A stretch of 9,994 nt of DNA, taken from contig NW_021827744.1 in NCBI RefSeq assembly GCF_006345805.1, positions 1 through 9,994 of the forward strand, in the 5' to 3' direction. The notes beneath the pieces are model-generated. The model was not told the DNA's origin and did no database searches. It saw nothing but the letters and a program-made list of their open reading frames with translations. The stretch is from Octopus sinensis (lineage: Eukaryota). This document shows, in pieces, positions 1-7,407 of this stretch. How positions within the stretch are numbered: the first letter of the stretch is position 1; the number at the start of each line of letters is the position of its first letter. The position numbers and the translations under genes are program-made.

Positions 1-308
1 CGGTCATGCTAAACCATGATATTGTACCTAGAAAGTTACCCTCCCAGGCACAAGTCTGGGCAAGGTTGTTTATGGAAGACCAGCAGTCGCCCATACTCTC
101 CACGCCACCAGTGTTATCCAAGGAAAGGGCAAAGGGGCCGAAACAGCTTGGCCCCTGTGACGTCGCAACTCATTTCTACAGTTGAGTGAACTGGAGCAAT
201 GTAAAATAAAATGTCTTGCTCAAGAACACAACACGCAACCCGGTCCGGGATTCGAGCTCACAACCTCACGAACGTAAGCTCGACGCTCTAACCACTGAGC
301 CATGCTCC
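1..308 (-). mobile_element. tRNA-derived SINE, family B; 3' end cut by the window edge
   Basis: The reverse complement begins GGAGCATGGCTCAGTGGTTAGAGCG (Pol III A box) followed by GAGCTCGAATCCC (B box variant) and the central TTCTTGAGCAAGACA motif. It is collinear with the plus-strand copy at 8440-8757. Confidence 0.85.
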
Positions 309-309
309 T

Positions 310-1310
310 ACACATATATCTATATTTATATTAAATATATGCATTAAATAAATTTTACATTGATTATAGTTTGTACTTCCAGTTTGTCGGAATATATTAG
401 ATTTTAGGAAATATACGTTTTGGAAGCTGGTAAGTCTAATGAACTGTAGAGATGAAAAGAAAACTGAAGCGAAGGTGGCGGTGTAGAATAAGATTAAAGT
501 GGGAGTGAAACGCGAGATATTATATGGTCGAAGTTTCTAGAGCTGTAATTAGGGACTAACTTTTCAAAAGTTGTAAAAAATGTAATTGATTTTAATCCTC
601 ATTAAAAGACGTATATTTGATTGAATATGAATATAGGTTTCGTAATATGGCGTCGCCCCCGTACTAAACTTTCGTCAACGTAAGGTAGTTCGTATGAAGC
701 AATAACTTAAAGAAAATTGTTTGAAGAATATGTTATTACATAAAGCGCTTGGAAGAAAAGAGAAAGCGTTTAAATTCTTTAAATAAGCCGAGATAAACTG
801 AGAAACAGGAAGAAATGTAAAATATAATTCGTAGAATATTAATATTTTTGAAATATTTTTAAATTACTGGAGTTTAGAAATTGCTGAAAGAAGATGGGGT
901 TGTTTACAACCAAGTTAATTTAAATGTTTTTCGGGTTATGATTTAAAAGGTAAGAACGAGGTTGTGTTATGATGGGAGAAAAAATGGAGATAATGGAATA
1001 AAGATGATTACGTTAAAATAGATTAAGTTGCAATAAAGAATGAAGTGATGATAAATTCCAATATAGTTTCGAAATGTGTTTTATAAGGAATGAGGAATCG
1101 TTTAGTGTTGAAATGATGGAGAGGTAAATTTGGTATAAACGTCAATGTTAATATTCGCAATGAAATATTATTCAACACTGAGCCTGGATTAAAACAAATA
1201 TGGAACTGTAGAATTCAAATAATACGAATATAAAAATGGTTCCAGGTTTTATTTTTTGAGAACTGGAAATAATTAAGGACTACGTAATTCTTCGAAATAA
1301 TTCACCAATC
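310..1310. other. Unassigned AT-rich, strand-asymmetric block, possibly a decayed transposon ORF
   Basis: The plus strand is purine-rich, the ORF track has no ORF inside the block, and it matches none of the repeat families seen elsewhere in the window. I recognised no protein motif in six-frame translation. Confidence 0.3.
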
Positions 1311-1770
1311 TTGGAGCGTAGGCGAGAAAGATATGCCATAATATACATCTGGAAGATCCTGGAAGGACTTGTCCCAAACTTTGGCATCGAGAGTTACACA
1401 AATGCCAGAACTGGGCGCCACTGCGTGGTGCCAAGGACTCCAAATTTGCCATCAAGATGTAGGACAAGATACTGTGATAGCCTGGGCTTCAGAGGCCCAC
1501 AGCTCTTCAATATCCTCCCGAAGAACCTGAGGGACCTGCATGGGGTGGATGCGGATGTCTTTAAAGTAGGACTGGATCTCTTCATGTCAGGTGTGCCGGA
1601 TGAACCAACTTCACGACAGGAGGTGCAGATGAGGGCAGCTGCATCGAACTCTCTCATGCACCAAATGGCAGTTGCTAAAAAGCATTCGTGAAGTAAAATC
1701 ATGTAGCAACACCAAATGGCGGTGCCCCAGCATGGCCACAGCTCGTGAGCTGAAACTAGATAAATAAAAA
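1311..1770 (+). mobile_element. 5'-truncated 3' end of a CR1/L2-group LINE (C-terminus of ORF2 plus 3' UTR and A-rich tail)
   Basis: ORF 1311-1691 reads LERRRERYAIIYIWKILEG...RGPQLFNILP...FKVGLDLF...VPDEP, the typical post-RT C-terminus of CR1/L2-group ORF2. The frame has no stops and is followed by a short UTR ending TAGATAAATAAAAAA. Confidence 0.85.
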
Positions 1771-2042
1771 ATTTTTTTAATCTGTGAGCAGTAATGTGGA
1801 ACTGCTCATAGACACACATGCGAAAGCTGTGTTCCAGTTTTGCAGCTGTCTTGGTGGCCCGAAACATCGGCACTGATGTGAAATTTCGTCCATATAACTC
1901 CAGTGTTCTGCCTTGGAAGAGCGCAGTAAGGAAACCACACGTCGAGCAAAAGGGCAAAATTCAAAATAAATGTGGATAAATAAGCATTAATTACATTTGA
2001 CAGAGTAATCTGAATGATTTGAGGTTAAGTGAGCATAGTTTG

Positions 2043-2132
2043 TTACTTAAATGACTGTGGGGCCTTCTCAGAAAAAGACGTTTCCCAATGTCTGCCATCA
2101 AAATATTCAGTTTTCATTGATAAGGACCCAAA
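2043..2132 (-). pseudogene. CENPV: C-terminal remnant of the CENP-V/GFA-like sequence
   Basis: The minus strand translates FGSLSMKTEYFDGRHWETSFSEKAPQSFK* (TAA at 2045-2043). This matches the CENP-V C-terminal SMxTExFxGxxWE motif (human ...RSMVTEEFNGSDWE, from memory). It is too short for the ORF track. Confidence 0.65.
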
Positions 2133-2245
2133 CCTAATCTTAATTCACAATAATTCATTTCCCCTACCAAGTTCTCATTTGTTCTCAAGAGCTTCTTCAC
2201 TGTGCCTGTGCCACCTGCCACTTATGTGCACGGAGGGCGGATGAG

Positions 2246-2793
2246 ATTCTTTTCTTCACTAGGCACAAGGCCTGAAATTTTTGGGGAGGGACCCAAGTAT
2301 GCAACTGGTACTTAATTTATCGACCCCGAAAGAATGAAAGGCCAAGCGGACCTTGACGGAATTTGAATTCAGAACATAACGGCAGACGAAATACCTATTT
2401 CTTTATTACCCACAAGGGGCTAAACACAGAGGGGACAAACAAGGACAGACATAGGTATTAAGTCGATTACATCGACCCCAGTGCGTAACTGGTACTTAAT
2501 TTATCGACCCCGAAAGGATGAAAGGCAAAGTCGACCTCGGCGGAATTTGAACTCACAACGTAACGCAGACGAAATACCGCTAAGCATTTCGCCCGGCGTG
2601 CTAACGTTTCTGCCAGCTCGCCGCCTTTAATTTATCGACCCCAGTGCGTAACTGGTACTTAATTTATCGACCCCGAAAGGATGAAAGGCAAAGTCGACCT
2701 CGGCGGAATTTGAACTCACAACGTAACGCAGACGAAATACCGCTAAGCATTTCGCCTGGTGTGCTAACGTTTCTTATTTCTTTATTGCCCACA
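2246..2793 (-). mobile_element. Multimeric tRNA-derived SINE, family C (three copies of the central domain)
   Basis: The element has three copies of the GTCGACTTTGCCTTTCATCCTTTCGGGGTCGATAAATTAAGTACCAGTT-type domain, one complete head (AGGCGGCGAGCTGGCAGAAACGTTAGC, 5' end near 2626), a linker, and a distinct 3' tail (CCCTCCCCAAAAATTTCAGGCCTTGTGCCTAG) ending at 2246. Confidence 0.85.
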
Positions 2794-3096
2794 GCGAGGA
2801 TTGATGCCATAAGAATCTTGGTTTGAACGAGGGACATAGAAACTCTGTACTCCGCAGATTTTGCAGAACATATGTTTTGCTGTCATGGTGTTGAATCGAT
2901 ATGTCGTTAAGTTTTCTTCTCCCTTGAGTATTTCCATATTTGATTCATGTACAATAAAATGAGTATTGTGTTTCACAAAGCAAATACTTCAATTGCATTC
3001 AAGAACCAGTAATGTTTCTAGTGTCCAGCATTGGAATTGAACCGCTCCACAGTGACAGCCACCAAAGTATGCCTTTATATTGATTTCCATTTTCAT
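2791..3096 (-). pseudogene. CENPV: Intronless CENP-V / GFA (glutathione-dependent formaldehyde-activating enzyme) family sequence, codons 1-102, with in-frame TGA at codon 36
   Basis: Translation: MKMEINIKAYFGGCHCGAVQFQCWTLETLLVLECN*SICFVKHNTHFIVHESNMEILKGEENLTTYRFNTMTAKHMFCKICGVQSFYVPRSNQDSYGINPRC. The GGCHCGAV, CxCxxC and FCKxCGVQSFY motifs are diagnostic of CENP-V/GFA. The ORF track shows only the part after the TGA (2782-2976). Confidence 0.9.
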
Positions 3097-3526
3097 GAAA
3101 CTAAATGTACTTCATCAAAGGTGTCTCAGAAAAACTTTGATGGTCAACTGGCAGGAGTGTTACTGTTATATCGCACGTTCGGATTGCCTTCGACTCAACT
3201 CTTCTCTACTCTAGTCTGACCTCGACGTCTAGTCTTCTCCCTCTATATCTACGTATTGGTCTAGCCTATTTCATCATCAGGGGGCGTCCACACAACAGTT
3301 ACAAAAGAGGAGATTCTAAGAAGAGTACAGTCAGAACTAATACAAGAGATTAATAGCAAAGCGCCGATTCTGTGTGGTTGGCCACATTCTCCGTCAAACC
3401 GATCAACGGCACTCGGTAACAGCCGTGACTTGAGTACCACCTGAAGGTAGGAGTAAAACGGACAGGCCAAAGATCACTTGCCGATGGACATTTCAAGATG
3501 ACCTGAAGAGAGTCAGGATTATGCGG

Positions 3527-3680
3527 AATGGATGTGCAAGAGCCAACCGAATCTGGAGGATGAAGCTTGCTGCCAAATGTGTCTTCTGCAATAGCCTCGG
3601 GACGACCAAAGCCTTGTGAGTGGATTTGGTAGACGGAAACTGAAAGAAGCCCGTCGTATCTATATGTATATATATGTGTG

Positions 3681-3726
<46 letters not shown>

Positions 3727-3727
3727 C

Positions 3728-3767
<40 letters not shown>

Positions 3768-3936
3768 TTGTGTGTCTGTGTTTGTCCCCCCGCCATCGCT
3801 TGACAACCGATGCTGGTGTGTTTACGTCCCCGTAACATAGCGGTTCGGCAAAAGAAACCGATAGAATAAGTACTAGGCTTACAAATGGATGTGCAAGAGC
3901 CAACCGAATCTGGAGGATGAAGCTTGCTGCCAAATG
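3527..3936 (+). repeat. Perfect 53-bp direct repeat (3527-3579 and 3884-3936) flanking a SINE fragment
   Basis: AATGGATGTGCAAGAGCCAACCGAATCTGGAGGATGAAGCTTGCTGCCAAATG occurs twice, identically. Confidence 0.95.
3580..3883 (+). mobile_element. Internal fragment of SINE family A, lacking both head and tail, with (TA)n/(GT)n core
   Basis: Collinear with the full-length copy at 7408-7852 from GTCTTCT...ATAGCC to TACTAGGCTTACAAA. Confidence 0.9.
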
Positions 3937-3965
3937 CGCTAAACTGCGCAGAAGAACCTACAGCT

Positions 3966-4264
3966 CGAAAGGATGAAAGGTAAAGTCGACCTCGGCGGAA
4001 TTTGAACTTAGAACGTAGCAGCAGGCGAAATACCTATTTCTTTACTACCCACAAGGGGCTAAACACAGCGAGGACAAACAAGGACAGACATAGGTATTAA
4101 GTCGATTACATCGACTCCAATGCGTAACTGGTACTTAATTAATCGACCCCGAAAGGATGAACGGCAAAGTCGACCTCGGTGGAATTTGAGCTCAGAACGT
4201 AAAGACACGAAATATCACTAAGCATTTCGCCCTGTGTGCTAACGTTTCGACCAGCTCGCCGCCT
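3966..4264 (-). mobile_element. SINE family C, dimeric copy truncated at the 3' end
   Basis: Head at about 4264 (AGGCGGCGAGCTGGTCGAAACGTTAGC), then central domain, linker and a second central domain, in the same order as 2626-2303. Confidence 0.85.
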
Positions 4265-4986
4265 TCAGAGAGATGATGAGATTGGTTACAGATAGCTTTA
4301 TTAGTGTAGCCCCGACCTCAGACTTGTCGTCCAACCTGTACTTATTTTGTCAAGCTTGGTACACCTATTTTATTAATCTAAGTTGCAAGACACAAATACA
4401 AACATAGATACGGATTTAAACAAGATTTAAGCAAGTCTGGCTACCCCTGTACTAGAACTTGTATCAACCTCCATACATTTTGCACCCAACTATATTTTAT
4501 CATCCTATCATTTGATAACTTTATTGTCGTATTTAGGAGAACCATATCTGCTAGAACGTAAGAACGAATAACGATATTGCGTTCAGATAATAAACGAAAA
4601 CATATTGCAATAATTCCAAAGGAAATATAAAATGGTAAGCCGCAATTCCAATTGTCTACGATGTAAATGATTGTGACTGTATTAAAAAGAAGCGACGCGC
4701 GGTGTAAAAAGAATGAATTCATAAAATGAGTCAATGTATAAAATATCACCTGATGGAGTCAATAACGTGTCATACGACAGGATGAATAGACGTATGTTAA
4801 GATGATAAACGAGGTGGGAGGAGGAAAACGTCACGTGATAGAATCCTGTTACACGATTGGTTGAATGAAAATAGACAATTAATAAAAAATGTTTTGTGTG
4901 TCGAGTCAACTGGCGTTGTCTCAATATCCCGATGTTTTTGCACCACAATCCACCCTGTTTCTAAAAAAACTATCTTAAGTAACATA

Positions 4987-5183
4987 GGCGCAGGAGTGGC
5001 TGTGTGGTAAGTCCCTTGCTTACCAACCACATGGTTCCAGGTTCAGTCCCACTGCGTGGCACCTTGGGCAAGTGTCTTCTACTATAGCCTCGGGCCAACA
5101 AAAGCCTTGTGAGTGGATTTGGTAGACGGAAACTGAAAGAAGCTCGTCGTATCTATATGTATATATATATGTATGTATGTGTG

Positions 5184-5225
<42 letters not shown>
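4987..5225 (+). mobile_element. SINE family A, 5' half ending in (TA)n(GT)n
   Basis: GGCGCAGGAGTGGCTGTGTGGTAAG (A box), GGTTCAGTCCC (B box) and the CORE-like CACCTTGGGCAAGTGTCTT motif. Confidence 0.87.
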
Positions 5226-5228
<3 letters not shown>

Positions 5229-5300
5229 ATGTCCGTCGTTTAAGAAACAGATTGGGTTTATTTTTGTTTGTGAAGAAAAAAAAGATATCCTTCCCCCCAC

Positions 5301-5324
5301 CCCTAACCCTAACCCTAACCCTAA
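5301..5324. repeat. Interstitial telomere-type repeat (CCCTAA)4
   Basis: Four perfect CCCTAA units directly preceded by a C-rich run (CCTTCCCCCCAC). Confidence 0.9.
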
Positions 5325-5637
5325 AACAGATTGAAATGCAATAGATCGATGCTAGGGTCATAATTATGGGTGACAATTTCATATGACACCGCTAGAAAAT
5401 ACTGCCGTTCAAACCGAAAAAATGCGTAGATACTGTAGTTTAAACCGTTTTTACTAAGAACGCAACAGTAAATCTAATTTGTGTAATGTGTTTATTAAAT
5501 AATTCAGATATTTTTATATATTTTTGTTTAAAATTTTGTGGTATTTGCGGCCAGTCGATTGTACGGAGGATTAAACCAAATGGTTGGTCATCGTCAGAGT
5601 GAATTGCTTTTGGTGATGAATCTGCTTCTGTTTAGAT

Positions 5638-5780
5638 CAGGGTTCTCAACCCTTTTTCACGATTACTATTTTATTCTGGCGGACCCCTATAGCCAATCGA
5701 TGTTTAAAAACTAGTTTTTTAGAAACTTCTTACAGAATCCCTATTTTGTTTTTCACACATTAACTTGTGTAGGTTGAACT
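5638..5780 (+). mobile_element. Possible left end of a hAT/Charlie-type non-autonomous DNA transposon
   Basis: Begins CAGGGTTCTCAACC, close to the Charlie TIR CAGGGGTTCTCAACC, and is preceded by GTTTAGAT, close to the NTCTAGAN target preference. The partner TIR was not found. Confidence 0.45.
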
Positions 5781-5936
5781 AGGAGTGGCTGTGTTGGTAA
5801 GTAGCTTGCTACAACCACATGGTCTCGGGTTCAGTCCCACTGTGTGACACCTTGGCAAGTAACTTCTACACGATAGCCTCGGGCCGACCAAAATCTTGTG
5901 GGTGATTTGGTAGACGGAAACTGTAAGAGCCCGTCG

Positions 5937-6008
<72 letters not shown>
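5781..6008 (+). mobile_element. SINE family A, 5' half ending in a long (TA)n tract (about 5944-6008)
   Basis: AGGAGTGGCTGTGTTGGTAAG head, GGTTCAGTCCC B box and CACCTTGGCAAGT motif. Confidence 0.85.
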
Positions 6009-6010
<2 letters not shown>

Positions 6011-6011
<1 letters not shown>

Positions 6012-6171
6012 AACACGCTGGAGTTGAACTAGGGACAGCTGATGAAGGGGATTTTTCCTTGTTAGTTGTCTTGTACTCTGTTTTTCGTTGTAAAAAAATG
6101 GTCTGTTCCATGCTTGTTTTTCCGTTTTTGTTTCTCGTTGAGTTCTACGTCTATCGTGGTGTCCTGTACTC
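6011..6171 (+). mobile_element. Possible Penelope-like terminal-repeat remnant
   Basis: CTGATGAAGGGG at 6039-6050 (5' half of a hammerhead core) is followed by a T-rich tract ending GTGTCCTGTAC. The assignment is by resemblance only. Confidence 0.3.
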
Positions 6172-6286
6172 ACGTATATATATTTATATATGCATGTATA
6201 TATACATGTAGATGTAGGTACGTACATATATGTATGTATGCATATATTTTATTTATTACACTATTGTATGACTGAGCGCCCTCGCG

Positions 6287-6330
6287 TCGATTCGATTCGA
6301 TTCGTTCGTTTCGTTTCGTTTCTTCTTCTC
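6287..6330. repeat. Compound CpG-containing microsatellite (GATTC)3-GTTC-(GTTTC)3-(TTC)n
   Basis: Read directly from the sequence. Confidence 0.75.
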
Positions 6331-6341
6331 CAAGTACTGTT

Positions 6342-6380
<39 letters not shown>

Positions 6381-6453
6381 TTGTCTCTCCCAATGGAATT
6401 TTATTAGAAAAAAAACTAGAAAAAGATCTTTTACTTTTTTTCTTTAAGATAAT

Positions 6454-6666
6454 AGGTGTAGGCAAGAACGTGCGGTTAAGAAGTTTGCTTTGCAGCCATG
6501 TGGTTTATGGTTCAAGTCCCACTATGTGGGACCTTGGCCGAATGTCTTCTATTACAGCCCCGAGCCGAGAATTGATTTGGTAGTACTAGAGTCGATTTGT
6601 TTGACGGAAGCCTTCAAAGCAGTGCAGTGCCCCAGCATGGCCGCAGTGTAATGAATGAAACAAATA
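6454..6666 (+). mobile_element. Old, internally deleted SINE family A relative (head joined almost directly to tail)
   Basis: Degenerate head with GGTTCAAGTCCCACT and GACCTTGGCCGAATGTCTTCTA, followed by GAGTCGATTTGTTTGAC and the tail GCAGTGCCCCAGCATGGCCGCAGT...GAAAC. Confidence 0.7.
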
Positions 6667-6670
6667 GCAG

Positions 6671-7203
6671 GCATGTGTGTGTGTGTGTGTATGTGTGTGC
6701 GTGTGCGCTTGTGCGTGCGTGTATGTGTGTGTGTGTGTGTGTGTGCATGTGTGGCGTGTGTGTGTGTGTATTTGGGGTGCGTGGTGCGCTTGTGCATGCG
6801 TGTATGTGTGTGTGTGTGTGTTGTGTGCATGTGTGTCGTGTGTGTGTGGTGTATGTGTGGTCGTGTGCGCTTGGCATGCGTGTATGTTTTTTGTGTGTGT
6901 GTGTGCATGTGTGTGCGTGTGTGTGTGTATGTGTGTGCGTGTTCGCTTGTGCGTGCGTGTATGTGTGTGTGTGTGGTGGTGTGCATGTGTGTGCGTGTGT
7001 GTGTGTGTATGTGTGTGCGTGTGCGCTTGTGCATGCTGTATGTGTGTGTGGTGTGTGTGGTGGTGTGCATGTGTGTGCGTGTGTGTGTGTGTATGTGTGT
7101 GCGTGTGCGCTTGTGCGTGCGTGTATGTGTGTGTGTGTGTGTGTGCATGTGTGTGTGTGTGTGTGCATGTGTGTGTGTGTGTGTGTGCATGTGTATTTGT
7201 GTT
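6671..7203. repeat. GT-based minisatellite with an approximately 80-bp higher-order unit
   Basis: The marker GCGCTT (one TCGCTT variant) falls at 6705, 6786, 6867, 6943, 7023 and 7107, giving spacings of 81, 81, 76, 80 and 84. Confidence 0.95.
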
Positions 7204-7407
7204 TGGTACCCACATATATACATATTTTTTTGTTTTTCAAAATGAAACAAAATTAACAATAAGATGGCAAATTGTTTTTTTCTATTTTTTATTATTTCCC
7301 CCTTTTTATATTTGAAAGGTTTTTTTCCTTTTTTTAATTGTAAAGTCTTTGATCAGATCCTCAATATTAATCTTACGAAACGTCTGATTCTATACTTAAT
7401 AGAGATA

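Larger units (their letters stand above)
3270..3962 (+). mobile_element. Decayed 3' fragment of an RTE-clade LINE ORF, interrupted at 3580-3936
   Basis: VTKEEILRRVQSE (from 3298), then a +1 frameshift, GHILR (3380-3394), VPPEGRSKTDRPKITCRWTFQDDLK and WRMKLAAKCAKLRRRT. These match RTE C-terminal motifs (GHILR, GRPKxTW). A TGA replaces the expected Trp. The 5' boundary is uncertain. Confidence 0.75.

Noticed and set aside
361-1308. One minus-strand frame has only TAA/TAG stops and no TGA, suggesting a ciliate-type genetic code or contamination
   Set aside because: Only 7 TGA triplets occur on this strand in the block, so some frame being empty has a probability of about 0.17. The translation resembles no protein I recognise.
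1394-1957. 187-aa minus-strand ORF
   Set aside because: It is largely the antisense of the LINE ORF2 fragment and its UTR, and shows no recognisable domain.
1903-1977. Minus-strand peptide IHIYFEFCPFARRVVSLLRSSKAEH resembling the GST-omega FCPFAxR motif
   Set aside because: An in-frame stop lies just upstream, there is no ATG or splice acceptor, and similarity ends after about 25 residues. It is probably chance; a tBLASTn search would settle it.
1700-2245. Candidate SECIS elements downstream of the CENP-V-like frame (ATGA...AA...GA patterns near 2158, 1810 and 1703 on the minus strand)
   Set aside because: None forms the required 11-12 bp helix II above a non-Watson-Crick GA quartet. One overlaps coding sequence and one lies in the LINE UTR.
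2303-2774. Repeat-spacer-like periodicity suggestive of a CRISPR array
   Set aside because: The units are long SINE modules, the intervening sequences recur elsewhere, the context is eukaryotic, and there are no cas genes.
4831-4860. TCACGTGA E-box and reverse CCAAT box as a possible promoter for the CENP-V-like gene
   Set aside because: These are short motifs about 1.7 kb from the ATG with several transposon insertions in between, and there is no evidence for a transcription start.
5773-6033. 11-bp direct repeat GTTGAACTAGG (5773-5783 and 6023-6033) around a SINE half, resembling a target-site duplication
   Set aside because: The SINE lacks its 3' tail, the second copy is offset from the SINE end, and the two copies appear to belong to different neighbouring elements. 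It is unproven.
6039-6065. CTGATGA hammerhead core half
   Set aside because: There is no GAAA and no closing stems in a compatible arrangement, so it cannot fold as a ribozyme in this copy.
6552-7315. Six overlapping ORFs of about 200 aa (His/Thr-rich or Cys/Val-rich)
   Set aside because: They are translations of the (GT)n/(CA)n minisatellite, which lacks stop codons in all frames. The same applies to ORFs over 3350-3933, 5020-5382, 5831-6227, 6190-6583 and 7353-7689.
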